Shown here: piece by piece, positions 1-13,752 of the stretch | Numbering within the stretch: position 1 is the stretch's first letter | Layout: every line of letters starts with the position of its first letter | NCBI GenBank assembly: GCA_964016885.1 | Contig: OZ024746.1 | Location: forward strand, 44,206,001 to 44,270,000 | Length of the DNA: 64,000 nt | Direction of reading: 5' to 3' | Origin: Eledone cirrhosa | Taxonomy: Eukaryota | The notes under the pieces: generated by a model | What the model was told of the DNA's origin: nothing | Database searches by the model: none | Seen by the model: the letters and a program-made list of their open reading frames with translations, nothing else | Translations under genes and position numbers: made by a program

Positions 1-2856
1 ATGGAGTAGTTGTTTTAGTTTTTTTGTTTTGTTTGGGTGCCAGATTGCTGTTTTATGTGCTATAGTGAGTGTGTGTGTGGTAGGGTGTTTTGTGAAGTGA
101 TTACATTCAAGTACTGTTATTTTCAATACATATGTGTGTGTGTAACTAATATACAGCATCTCACTTCCCATGTTGGCAAGCATTTATCCTTCACCCAGAG
201 AAAGCATCCCTTCATTACCAACAAAGGTAATAGCTCCCTGAACTTTCCACTCTGTTCTTATTCTGACTGCTTTACTTCCAGGGCATTCACCTCCACTGCT
301 AATTAGATCACTTAGGTAGCAGAATAAAAGCTGATACACTGCAGAAAGGTCACTTAAGCCATGAAAAACAATTTCCCTTGTGCAGATGGAACAATAAAAT
401 GCATGTTAAGGTTACTCCTGTTAGTATGTAGTTCAGTTGAAAATATAGCTGGTATACTCATCATGAAAACCATTATAGGATCCATTTACTAGAACATAAA
501 ATCTATACATAAATCATACAAAGACTTCCTACAGTACCTCACCAAAGAAGTCTTGGACAGTAAAACTATTGTGAGAACACTTTACTGCTATATTTTTATA
601 AGAATATTGCAATATTTTCATCATCATCATCATCGTTTAACATCCACTTTCCATTTTTCAAAATGCTATACTTATGTTTCAACATAGGCACTATTTATAT
701 CATGTAGGTGATATATATTTATTTTGACATGTTTTATATGTTTTTTTTTTCATTTTTATTGAAAACAGTGGATTGGAAGAGTTGCTAGAGCACCCAACAA
801 AATGTCTTGCATATTTCTAAGTTCAAGACCAGCTAAAGACAACATTGTCCGTCATTCCTCCACACTTCTAGAGTTGGTAAAATAAGTGGCTAACAACTAC
901 CAACTATACCATCTCCAATTGCATGCAACATTGTTCCAATACTATAATTCAATACTGTTTTCGTGACATTTAAATTTGTTTATTGTTTGTGCAATAGCCT
1001 TTTGCTTTATATCTTAATAGAAACTATATCAATGATAGGCAATTTATAATCAAGACAGCCAGGTTTTTTCCACTTCACTTTAGTAAAATTTTATTTTCAA
1101 TGAACAATAAAAGTTGCTAAAAATATAGTTTGTCCACATGTGATTAATGTAGTAATGTACAAACACAATGCAAAGTCTAATGGGTTAATTGAACATCTGT
1201 ACATAAATACACACAAAAACACACACAGGTTAGGCAAAACATTTTATATAAAATCCACTTTATAATTATTCACTAAAAACTTTGAGCATCAGGATACCAC
1301 CAAGCTTCTCTTTTGTCATTAGTTTAAATAACACCATAAAAACATACCAATGAAAATAAAAGCTTTCTGATCGAAATCATTTCATGTATTCCTTTCTCTC
1401 TTTTTTGAGAATTTAAATGTTTTCTTTTTTCCAGTACTTGAAAAAAGTTTCTCTAATTGTTACTTTCTGAAATTGTATATCTTAACTCATGCCATTTCTA
1501 TGGTTTAACAGAGATTATCAAATTTGTTTTGTAATGGACCTCTTGCGATTGCAGATATTCAACAACAGTTTCTGGAAACCTTTTATTGTAGCTTCAATCC
1601 TAACAAGTATGGATGGGATATTTTTTATGTGTATTATTGGTGAATTGGAAGAACGATTTGACTCAATTATTTACCAAATGGTTAATGAATGAATTGATGA
1701 GATGTGTTGCTTAAATGATGCAATACATTAATAACAGCTTGATGATGTTTAATCATAGTTAATTGTATGTATTTTATGATTAAAATTGTAGTTAATTTAA
1801 TAAGGGAGTATTATAATTTTTATTAAAAATGAAATACCAAAGAAATATTTGTAAATTTTACATTTATAATAGTTTCTAATAATCTCAGTTAAAAACCATC
1901 CATTTATCATTAAACAGTTTGCAAATTAAGTTAGAAAAGTGAGGAATAAATTTCATAAAAATTCAATCTTGAATCAAGATCTGACATTTTCAATATAGTG
2001 CTTCTTTAAATAATAAAACAAAAACCACTTTCCTTGGGCAATTACTAAATCATTGGTAATTTATCAGATTATTGTCTAATATGAAAAATATCTTGCATCT
2101 AAGAATTCCTTAGATGAACTGATAAACGATAAAATTAAGATTATGGACAAAACTATAAAACTTCAATAGCCTAGGAACATAAAACCTATTTTGAAAAGTT
2201 AAGAAACTACATTAAAGTTGTCAAGATTTGAACTTCATTATATAGTTAACACAATTTTGTTTTTTATAACAGATTTGAAATGAAAATATTAATTTCTGTA
2301 AGATGATGAAGATAATGAATGGGAAAGCCATTTTACTTCAATGAGAAACTTTGTTGAAGATATCTTCAATTATTATATCTGAGAAATGTTTAAGTAATGG
2401 CATTGTATTCTTGCATTTTGAAGATATTGGTTTGGGAGCAACACAATATCATCAATAAGTTGGAAATCTAGAGTCAGGATAAAGATCCATAAAAGTAAAA
2501 TATATCAACTTTCAAATTTGGCATCAGGGAATGATAACAGAAGTGAAAACAATAGTCATAAGATTAGTGAGTTGATAGACTATTTACCATTCAAAGTCAA
2601 ATTTAAAAAAAATTATCTGAAGAGTTCAGAATATTGATAATTTTCATTTGTAACATTTAACATTCATTATGTGATAATTCAATGTAATAAACATACATAT
2701 GTGAACAAACTTGTATATATATATATGGAGACAGTTGCTTCCAATAGGACCCAATGGAAGGAGTGTTTGAAGACTCTTCCCCCATGACCATTTAACAAAT
2801 AAATGGGCGTAGAAGAAGAAAAAGAAAATATATACAATATATATATATATATATAT

Positions 2857-3228
2857 ACTCAAATATAAGCCAGTCTGAATAAAAGTTGATTCCTCCTAAT
2901 TTATGTCTGAGAAATAGGCGCAGAAATCCCAAACGCCATTTATATGCTGTGGCAGCTAATCAAAACATTTTACCATTGACTTTTTTGGTCACATATTCCT
3001 TGGCTTATATTCGATCCCGTTAAGGGTGAAAGCAGCGATTCTTTGCTTAAACTTTAATCTGTTATTTTAATAAATATTTGCTCTACGGTTCTTATATATT
3101 TGATATATATTTATCCTTATCGAGCCCTCTTTGGATTTTAGTCTTCAAATTTATTATTCAGAAGATCTCGTTAAGGGTGAAAGCAGCGATTCTTTGCTTA
3201 AACTTTAATCTGTTATTTTAATAAATAT
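2857..3228 (+). mobile_element. Short (TA)n-flanked element with a 151-bp-period partial tandem duplication (PLE pseudo-LTR or retrozyme-like); same family as 10418-10578
   Basis: GATCCCGTTAAGGGTGAAAGCAGCGATTC...AATAAATAT at 3013 recurs at 3164. 3013-3158 is near-identical to 10429-10574. (TA)n on both sides. Confidence 0.7.
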
Positions 3229-3714
3229 ATATATATATATATACCTATTGATCAGATTCCCTCTCAACAATAACTAACGTATAGCTATCAAAGCCATGCT
3301 AGTGTGGAAAAATGGATGTTAAACAGTGATGATGATTCATTTTCATGCCCAACAATCCTATCTTTTTTCTCAATGATCTCACTCATTCATATTCTTTCTT
3401 AGTTTAACATCTTGCCAAATATTTCCCTTTAAATACAACTCATGGGCACTTTTGGTATGAAAGAAAGGTGACAATGTAGAATGTTGTTGCCATGATAAAA
3501 TATACCTAATCCATTCTGTAAAATAGTTGATGACCAAACAGAGAGTGTATAAGGTAGATAGAGCTTTTTACTCATCAAGAATATGATAACTACTCTCCTG
3601 CTAGTGCCACAATAAATAGTTTGTATTAGGAAGTGCGTATAACCATACTAAGGTCGGATGAAAAGTTCATTGACTGACTATTAGGGATTGATGCTAGAGC
3701 TGTGAGATCTCTTC

Positions 3715-4560
3715 CTCCTTCTTCATCTTCTTCTCCCACTTATTCCTGAGAGAGTCATGGGACAGAGTCCTCAAACACTCCATCCAGCAGGTTATGTCAG
3801 AAGCAACCATCTCCAATTGATCTGGTTGGATACCCAAGCGATGTTATCCAACCATCTTGCCCAAGCTCTATCCATGGGTCTCCTGCCAGTTGGTTTTTCC
3901 CATAAGATCTGTCCAGCGATTCTTTCCTTAGACATTCTAACTACATGCCCATAATATCAGAGCTGTGATCTCTCAATTCGGAGAAGTAGCAGCTCTACCT
4001 GGAATGACTCTCTGATCATCGAGCTATCAAGTAAGGTTACTCCAAGACCCTTCGGAGGAACCCCATTTCGGCCATTTGTATTCATGATCATATTCTTTCA
4101 GTTATTACCCAAGATTCATGACCATAGCTAAGGGTTGGCACAAATACCGAACTGAAGATAGTGAGTTTGGCTTTTATGCCTACCTCTCTTCTGCTGATTA
4201 CTGAATGCTGAAGTTGATGCAATACTGCACCAGCTTTTGCAATTCTTGCACTTAATTCAGCCTCCTGCCTTCTATCCCTCATGAACACGGCCCCGAGATA
4301 CTTGAACTTCTCTACCTGCTTCAGTGGAACTCCATTCACACGTAGAATGCACTGTGCAGGCTTTCTTGAGAGGATAAATGTCTCAGGTTTTGCAGCACTT
4401 GGCATCAAACCTATAGAGTGCAAGTCAGAGATCACCTTCTGTCATGTGAAGTAACACCATGTTGTCTGCAAATTCCAGCCAACTGATTTTACACCAGCCT
4501 TTCATGATACCACTTGCAGCTCGGCTGCACATGCCAATTAATCCTGCAGGCGATTCAGCA
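3715..4560 (-). mobile_element. 5'-truncated RTE-clade LINE (RT C-terminus and 3' end)
   Basis: Minus-strand translation EFADNMVL, QVEKFKYLG, PTLSYGHESW. (GAA)n-type tail at about 3715-3735. Homologous to 38450-39750 and 51238-52050. Confidence 0.9.
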
Positions 4561-4790
4561 TGGCACATAGTGTGACAAGCCTGGCCCTTTAAATTACAGG
4601 TACAGTTCATCTAGCTGACTTCCAAACAATTTTCATTTACCTTATTTCACTTACAAAACCTGGGTCAACCGAAGGATATGATAAATGATAATGCCCAAAA
4701 TGCTATGCATGTAGAATTGAACCCTGGATCCTCATGATTGCATAAACTTCTGTATTAATATACCTGCCTATAAATTTATATAATTAGATT

Positions 4791-5838
4791 TAGTAATAAG
4801 AATATTTATATTTATATATGTTTGATACAACTATAAATACGGAGGGTAGTACTAAGTACTAGCCGGTTACCGGTATGACAAAAGGCTCAATGCAAATTTT
4901 CAAGTGTTTTACAGAGCTGAGATACAAAGTGTTATAACGATCAAATTTTAGTTTAGAACATTTATTTGCTGACAATTGTTTCTTCCAGAGGGAAGTCCGG
5001 AAGCATCGGAGAATAGGGAATGTCGAAACATGTAACTAAAATCCTAGTCATTTAGAACATTTAGGGTACATAATTGTTTTTAGTGTCAAAGGCATCGTGT
5101 GAAGAGTCAGGAGTTAAAAAGATGTTTTGCTTGAAAGAACACAATTACAGGTAACACTGGTTGAGAGTGTAGATGTATAAGCGAAAAGCGACTCAAAATA
5201 ATCCCATGTTTAATAACTGTGGGTTACAAACGACATACACACATACATACGAACTACAACACAAAAACACTTGAATGAAAATCACATACCCAACTCTATC
5301 ACGTGCTTTGCATTACACTTTACATAACAAATACCTGCATTATCACCACATGCCTCTCTAACAAATTGCACACTATCTTTAACAATTATAACATGATTTA
5401 ACACCCCACACAAAATATGTTTATTTCAACTGCATTATAACTCTTTCCTCATACATGCCTTATTGACTGTATTGACTCATGCATTGTACAACAATTTTCC
5501 TTGCTTGTAACTTTTTTTTTTTCCTGTATTTTTTCCCCTGAATTTTTATTAAACATGGGATTATTTTGAGTCGCTTTTCGCTTATACATCTTACACTCTA
5601 AACCAGTGCTACCTGTAATTGTGTTCTTTCAAGAAAAACATCTTTTTAACTCCTGACTCTCCACAGGATGCCTTTGACACTAAAAACAATTATGTACCCT
5701 AAATGTTCTAAATGACTAGGATTTTAGTCACATGTTTCGACATTCACTATGCTCCGATGATTTCAGACTTCCCCCTGGAAGAAACAATTGTCAGCAAATA
5801 AATGTTCTAAACTAAAATTTGATCGTTATAACACTTTG
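4791..5838. mobile_element. Non-coding insertion with about 294-bp inverted arms (4923-5216 / 5546-5840) and a 12-bp target-site duplication; PLE inverted pseudo-LTR-like
   Basis: Arms are reverse complements with scattered mismatches. TATAATTAGATT occurs at 4779-4790 and 5839-5850. Confidence 0.75.
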
Positions 5839-6754
5839 TATAATTAGATTCATATATTTTTAGGTTTATCATGATCTGATTAGGCAATTTTGACCCAGCC
5901 AACAGATTCTACTGGTCACCCCTACACCATTGTGATATACATATTTAAAATGTTTATATAGTTTCCATTAATGTACATAATGATTCTGAGCTTGTCTACC
6001 AATCTATAATAGAATGAGAAACTGAATTAAGATTTTACTTTTCACACATCTCGTTAGTGAAATTCCTTTCAGTAAAATGTCTAAATTACTGTACAACAGT
6101 CTGTTTGATTGTGTACCTAGCGATATTTATCAATATTTTCTACCTAAGTAGATCCTTGATTCCTTCACACTGTATAATGCTATAACTACAATCGATATTT
6201 AATGTTTAATATAAGAATTAGCTGTGCATATACAATTTTTGTTGCCACTAAAAAACACATTACTGGTATTTATCATTTAAAATAATAGCAGTTCTTGTAC
6301 ATTTTATTAACGATATTTAACATTTAATGTAAGTTTAATGTAAGAATTAACTTGCCTCTATCTTATATTGTTCTCACTAATAAACACATTAAAAATATTT
6401 AACATTTAATATAAGTTTAATATATTATTCTAAAGGCAATTATTCACTCATTTTTGTGCTTGATGAAAAACACTATAATTATTTTATGTTCTGGATATTC
6501 GATGAATTTTATAAGTGACCAACATTAGAATATCATTTATTTTTTTTTTCAAAGACATTCTTGAAATTCTTTTTGTGATACAAATTTATATATATATCAG
6601 TTCCCGTCCCACCCTTGCAAGCAGGGAAAAAGCGGATGTAAAATGAAATGATGAAAATGAAAAAATGATAGTGATATGTTTTCATCTTGGAACCACTGAT
6701 AATGGAAAGTTAAGTCAAGCTGTTTATATAAATACTATATATATGTATCATGAT

Positions 6755-8170
6755 GATCATCATCATTTACCGAACCCTGCGTGCAAGAGTTGGACGGGTC
6801 TACATAAACCAAGTCAGTACTGAAGTGTGGTTACTGACCTCCCAGACAGGCCGAGGTGTCAGTATCCTACTTACATATGGTCCTATCAAGTGCAGAGGAG
6901 AAGTTGTCATGTCTTTTGGCACAAATAAAGAGTATTGCCAACCCTTTGTTTGGCAAGCTTTCTAGCGCCGGATGCCATTTTTATCACCAATCACTTTACA
7001 ACATGTACTGTGTGCATTTATTGTGTAGATCACCAACACTAAAGAGGTTATTGTGTCTTTGACAAAACTAAAGAGTCCTCTTAACCCTTTAGGCATGGTT
7101 TCTACACCTTAACGGTGCATTTTTGTGGCACCATCACTAAAGAGGTTGTTACTCATAGACTGAACTGTAGAACTCTATCAACTCTGGGGAGGGGGATCAT
7201 AAGAGAGAGAGATAGGTATTAAGTTATAGATTTATGTGGGGATTTGGCAGGGAAATAAGTAAAGAGTAGGGGCTGATTAGTGTAGAAGGATGCAGTGGGA
7301 TGAGGGATGTAGTGGTTGGGGAATATTTTACTGCTCTTTCTATCACACATACTGCCTGTTCATCTGTCATCTATCTATAGATACGTCTTCTGCAGTTAAC
7401 GTCCCTGTAGAACTGCAGTTCACATGCAGGCATCATACAGAAGCCCTTTGTTGTCAACAGAAGCATCAGCTCTCTAAACTTCTTCCAGCCTGTTCTGGTC
7501 CTTGCTATCATACCTTAAGTGCATCCTTACCTAATGCTAATTTGATCACCTATGTAACTAAAGCTGTTGACAACTTCTAAGGAGCCTCCCTGGTAGCTGA
7601 AAGAATTTACTTCATATGAGTTTTTAGTGCTTGCTTCTCCTGTGTATCTGCCACATACAAAGTTTATGTTTTCCATTAATCTACCTGCAGTCCTACTACA
7701 TCTCTTGTGCATCCATAGATTGCACTGTGTGCATCTCATAGAATTTTTGCCCACCCCATTCTGACATATCAAACAAAGCCATTCCCTGATGGTGTCAACC
7801 TCCAGTCCTCTTTCCAGCTTATATACACTTTTGTCTTTGCTAAATTTAGTTTTAGGCCTTTCAACTCTAAGTTTTTCTTCCATAAAATTTTGTCTCTAAC
7901 TCTCCTACGGATTCAATTATGAGGACTAGCTCATCAGCATATGCAAGCTCCCACGGAGTGCCAGCTAAACTCCTCTGTTATCGCCTGAAGAACAATGATA
8001 AACAAGAGTGGAATGACGACTAAGCCCTGGTGGACACCCACCTGCACTTCAAATTTATAACTGTACTTACTTCCAACCCTCACCCTGCTAGTTGCTCCTT
8101 TATACATTGCTTGCACAGCCCTCACAAGCTATTCATCTACAGCTAGCTTCCTAAGTGTTCATCAGATTAT
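6755..8170 (-). mobile_element. Decayed RTE-clade LINE of a second family (RT with Cys-rich insert, plus 3' UTR-like sequence)
   Basis: Minus frames: VGVHQG..PLLFIIVLQAI, YADE-like motif near 7930, CLICQNGVGKNSMRCTQCNLWMHKRCS, EVVNSFSYIGD. UTR and (GAT)n tail motifs near 6755-7050. Confidence 0.8.
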
Positions 8171-8792
8171 ATATATATAGCAAAGTTTCAGAGGAAAAAG
8201 ACAAACAAAACACATGGGATGTAAAAACTAAAGCATCTATCTTCCTCGTCCTTAAACAGGATAATTTCATGCATATATTGCTGGAAGATATCTAGTAGTA
8301 TATATTTTACAGGTGGTTTACATTATCTAATGACAGTTTTCTATATGTAGAGAGATAATTCATTTTTATTTATATGAAAGAGTAGCAGTTACTTGCAATA
8401 CAAGTTTTGTCGTTCACAACTGCAAGATTGGAAGAAGTTGAGTATGTCACTTTCAGAGGAATTTTTATTGTCTTTCATTGGTAGATATTTATCAGGAAAT
8501 GATGTGGGTTGGTGGGATTAAGAATGTGCTTGGGGTTGTTTTTATGAATTGTGTTTGTTTCCTGTTGAACAGGAGTATTTTGTTTGTGTGTGTCTATATA
8601 TGTTGTGTTATTGATATTAGTTATGGCTCAGTGAACTGTCACTTGGAAGGGGATTTTAAAATTATTTTTTGGTTGATAGGCCATCTGTCATGGAAAGGAA
8701 ATATATTTGTGCTTAGCTTGGTGGATTTTATTAATTTTTTGTTGAGAAGGAGGGGTTTGTTTGTATGTGTGTTGCTATGTTATTGATATTAT

Positions 8793-9130
8793 GGACACAG
8801 CATGACCAAATGGTTAAGAAGTTTGTTTTGCTGACATTAGGTGCTGGGTTCAATCTTACTGCATGACATCATTTACCATATCTTTGAGTCAATCCATGTC
8901 TTATGAGTGGAGGTGGGTAGTCAGAAACTGTTTCGAACCACCTCAAAATTACTGTACCAGTAATTTAAAAGTCCAGCTTTATCACACACTGTCACTCTCA
9001 TGCTGAATATCTCTAAAAATTACTTTAAGAGTATGTGTCTGTGAAATGCTCAGTCACTAACATGCTACTTTCATGAGCAGGCTCTTCTCTTGACTTCAGA
9101 AGAACACTCATTGGTGAAACCCACGAAGAT
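8793..9130 (+). mobile_element. Old, diverged tRNA-derived SINE
   Basis: Box A-like TGACCAAATGG and box B-like GGTTCAATC, followed by a degenerate SINE body. Confidence 0.5.
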
Positions 9131-10124
9131 CCATTCTAATGATATTAGTTAGAGATCTGTGATTTTGTTTTGTAAAGGAGTAATTTATGTGTATATAAAG
9201 CAATTTGGAGGAGAATAAGGTCAAACTTTTGAGTAGCACTTATACTAGGGCTGTCACCAAGGAAAGGATGGTACTGTATAACACTGCAACCCTACTTGTC
9301 AATGGTGCATTTTCAGATAAAATGTCTAGAAATACATTTCTTGAAGTTCGATATTACTAACATTTCTTCACAAAAGTTGAAAAAAAGAACAAAAATAAAT
9401 TAAAAACACACAAAAAAAGATAACCAAAGAAGCTCATAAAAATTCCCTAGGTAATTTGAATAGAGCCACTACCTGACATGTTTACATGTGGATATACACA
9501 TAAACACACTCACTCATACAAAACATACATATACACATGTGCACATACTCACACAAATAAACTAAACAAAGCACACATGAACATACACCAACACACGTAT
9601 GTACACACACAAAGAAACATGGAACACTAGATTCACAGTCACATACCTGCACACACAAATGTGCACACAGAAAATACAAAAAGCTCACAGATACACATGT
9701 ACTCATACATACTCATAAAGAAAACACACATGGATATGCACACACAAACAAAACTACATATAAAATTCAGAGATACTCACATGCACTTCCATCAATTATA
9801 TATCAACCACACACTTAAAAACGCCCATAACACACCTGGAGTCTCCAACTCAACCTCCACTCATGAATGCTGGACTACTCACCTACCACTCCCAGCCTTC
9901 TTAAAACATTTTTTGTTCTTAACTCCGATATTCCAACCTTTTCTCTCGCTCTCTGAGCTCTCCATTTCATAAAGAAGAACATGTCCAAAATGTCAAACCC
10001 TCATCTGCTGCTTCATCAGCTATACTAATAAGACTTTGCCTTTTTGCATCTCTGTGTTTGTCTTGTCATTTGTCATTTCTTGAACTATATATATATATAG
10101 TTTCATACATATATATATATATAT

Positions 10125-10290
10125 GAAATGAAGTAAGTGTGGTAAGTAATCAGGTGGACCATAACGCACCAAAGTACCCGATACAGGGTAGTAGAGTGGG
10201 TAATAGGAACTGAGTTCAGACCTGGCTGTAGGGTTTCTCCTACATAGATATTAAGTATTGGCCATACTCGAAAACGAGTTGGCCGCCACC
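10125..10290 (-). mobile_element. Short structured element embedded in (TA)n; related to 18385-18443, 27921-28008 and 46740-46800
   Basis: Shares ATTACCCACTCTACTACCCT...GTACTTTGGTGCGTTATGGTCCACC with 18389-18443, and GTAGGG..TCTCCTACAT...ACTCGAAAACGAGTTGGC.GCCACC with 27946-28008. Confidence 0.7.
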
Positions 10291-10417
10291 ATGTATGTAT
10301 ATATATATGTATGTATATATATATATGTATGTATTATATATGTATGTATATATATGTATGTATGTATGTATGTATATATATATATATACATACATACATA
10401 CATACATATATATATAT

Positions 10418-10470
10418 GAGTTTCAGAAGATCCCGTTAAGGGTGAAAGCAGCGATTCTTTGCTTAAACTT
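10418..10470 (+). ncRNA. Variant type I hammerhead ribozyme (core CAGAAGA, U4A)
   Basis: GAGTTT-CAGAAGA-T CCC GTTAA GGG T-GAAA-GCAG CGATTCT TTGC-TT-AAACTT. Stems I, II and III all pair. Confidence 0.55.
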
Positions 10471-10600
10471 TAATCTGTGATTTTAATAAATATTTTCTCT
10501 ACGGTTCTTATATATTTGATATATATTTATCCTTATCGAGCCCTCTTTGGATTTTAGTCTTCAAATTTATTATTATTACTATATATATATATATATATAT

Positions 10601-11001
10601 ATATATTAGTAAAAGGAAAATAAAATACTGACCAATTTTTCCCAGTGAAAAATAGTTTAATTAGGAATAAGTATAAATTAGTAATAAATATTGGTTAGTA
10701 TTCAGTTTTAGTTTTAAGTTTTTACCGGTTGCGCATTTCTAATGCTTTTCAAAAATAATTTTGAGATAGAGCGCTCGTGATGTTTGCTCTAATCTGATGT
10801 TTGCTCAGATTAGAGCAAACATCACGAGCGCTCTATCTCAAAATTATTTTTGAAAAGCATTAGAAATGCGCAACCGGTAAAAACTTAAAACTAAAACTGA
10901 ATACTAACCAATACTTATTACTAATTTATACTTATTCCTAATTAAACTATTTTTCACTGGGAAAAATTTGTCAGCATTTTCTTTTCCTTTTACTAATATA
11001 T
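10601..11001. repeat. Near-perfect fold-back palindrome, about 197-bp arms with a 7-nt loop (10798-10804)
   Basis: 10601-10797 is the reverse complement of 10805-11001 with only a few mismatches. Confidence 0.95.
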
Positions 11002-11939
11002 CACAACTCGTGTGTTACACCTCTATTTTTAAAAATATATATATATATATGTGTAGATAAATCTACCAAAATATACGGTAGTGTCCAATCCGTATCAAGA
11101 ACTCAATGTAATCCAAATATCATGAAAAGAGAAGATGTATTCAAAGTTTTTTCCATGAAAAACACAGGAAAACAGAGTCAAGATAAATTAATAAAAATAA
11201 TGAATAAAAACAAAGAAACAGTTCCTTATATTAAAAAATTCATCATTTTACGATGGTTTCTAGGATATATATGTGTTTGTTGGTATGTATATCATATAGA
11301 TCTATGTAAAAATTTTACAAACTATCAGAGGGAATATACATACCTACACATATATATGCTGTCTTCAGAAATAATGATATTTGTTTATTGAAAAAAACCA
11401 ACAAAGATTTAATATAATAGGTCTGTTTGGGAACAGGTTTTGAATTGACCAATAGAAAAGTAGTAAGTAGTCAAGTTGATAGAATAGTAGTAGTAGAAAT
11501 TTAGTTTAGGGGTAGAGGAATGCAGACTTCAGTTTTGAATGGAAAGAGTATTTTGAATGAAAAAATTACTTTGGGGATGAAAATAGGTGAAGCTGGTGAA
11601 AGGTACACGAAAATTTGATGTTATTAAAGAATAATGCTAATGTTTAAATCTAAGGAGAATAAAATTTTCCGATAAATGCGTTAGTGAAAAATATCAATCT
11701 TATTTAAAACATAAGGAATTTAGATCTATAAAAAGAAATTAAATTAATTTAATTGATAGGTATATTTATAGGGATAAATTTATATTAATTCATATAGATA
11801 TGATAAATAAGAGTTAGATGTTATTAAAGAATATTGTTAAAAACGAAGGAAAAAACTTTTTTTGGGGGGATAAATGTATTAGTGAGAAATAACAAACTTA
11901 TATAGATTACAAGGAATTTAGATTCATAACAGGAAATTT

Positions 11940-12185
11940 AAAAAAAGCGCCCAGCCCGCACTGTAAAGTGGACGTGTAGGTGCCACGGAAAAAAAAGCAC
12001 CCAGCACTCACTGTAAATGAGGTTGGTGTTAGGAACGGCATCCAGCTGTAGAAATCAAGCCAAATCAGTTCCTGTATGAGCAAGGCATGGTCAGCCGACC
12101 AGACACTGCCCACAACAGGACAACCCGTCTAATCCATGCTAGCATGGAAGAACGGACGTAAAACAGTGATGATGAACGGTGATGA
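11940..12185 (+). mobile_element. RTE-type LINE or SINE 3' tail fragment
   Basis: GGTTGGTGTTAGGAA.GGCATCCAGCTGTAGAAA ... GCATGGAAGAACGGACGTAAAACAGTGATGATG. Confidence 0.75.
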
Positions 12186-13752
12186 TATATATATATATAT
12201 ATATATATGTATATTATCATATTACAATGATGATATCAGCATCATCATCGTTTAACGTCCATTTTCTATGTTTGAATGATGTATATGTATTTACATTCAA
12301 ATATTTATCATCATTTATATATATCATTTACACATAGATTTGTGCATGTAATTGTGTATGTGAATTCAATGTTAAAAATGGTATTGAATGTTTTATAAAA
12401 ATTAGAAAAAGAATTTCATTTGCACTACGTTTATATATTCATATATTTGTTGTATGTTAACTTTTTGCAATACATTTCCCATTTGTTTGTAAATATAGTG
12501 TATGTTAAGTTTATGATTGGTTTCAATGTTTATTTCATGAATAATAACATATTTTGATACTTCAGATTTCATCATTCAAGCATTTAAATATATATATATA
12601 TTTTTAATTAAATGGAGTTATCTATAAACCTTTAAAATTTTATAATATTGGAATCTTTTCTTTATTTATCAAAAGGAGTTTCATTGAACTCCAAAACGTT
12701 TAGAATTTGTTCAACTGCTTATAATCTTACCTGTTGTTCAGTGACCCTCATCAATGCTGCCATGTAGGCCAAAGTTACAGAGATAATTGGTGGCAATCAT
12801 ACACTTCTATTTCTGACTCATGCCTTACTGCCAGTGATAATAATATGATATCAACAACCATGATAGTTATACACAGAATTGCCAAGAATTTTAAGTGTAA
12901 GGAATCAATGAAAGAGGAAGATGAAGAAAGGTATGGGCAGAGGTGGTGAAAGCTGATCTTAAAAAAATGAGTCTCATAAAAGAGGTTAAAAGAAAGAGAA
13001 AAAGAGAGATGCAGTGTTGGAAAGGATACGTTTTACCAATATCAGCATGGACAGGAAATAAACATGAGAATGATGATTATGATATTTTATAGAATTTATT
13101 CTTCTGATATCTGCTATCAATTACTTCCCAACAGCTCACCAACACTAGTATATTTGTATATATCTGGGGCTCATTTTTTTGGTGAGAGTTTAGGGGAAGG
13201 GGCAACATCATTTTGTTTAGACAGAATATTTCGTTTGAAAATTTTTGAGATTTTATTTTATAAAATTTATTTTCACTTTCTTTGTAACAATAATCGTTTT
13301 GAATTTTTATTTCATATTGTTTATTCCAATGATATGTGAACACATTTTCCTGTACATCTGTACATTTTGAATTTCTGTGTTCTGAATTTGCAGCGCATGC
13401 TTAATTGATTGAATTTCATGAATTTTGATGTAGCATATTTGCTTTTTAATGCTGCCTGCTGTTGTAAGTTCAAGGGTATCTGAAATGATTTTTATGGTGA
13501 TTTGATAATATAATAGTAAAAATGTGAATATTTTGTAAACTTGCTGGTCTATTTATTTTCTTGATGTCTTGATCCTATAATTGCTTTTTGGATAGCATTA
13601 TGAGGATTCCTGTTATAAAGTATATATATCATTATTGAGAAGAATTACCCATTGAGATTATACAATATCTATATATGTATAAAAGTAATTCCATTACAGC
13701 AATATTGGAAAGAATGTTTTGTCTTGTTTTCTTTCTTTCTGTTGATAATTAA

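Noticed and set aside
8480-8790. Possible decayed PLE endonuclease remnants (also 11400-11930 and 13130-13700)
   Set aside because: Only vague motif resemblance, too degenerate to support without a profile search.
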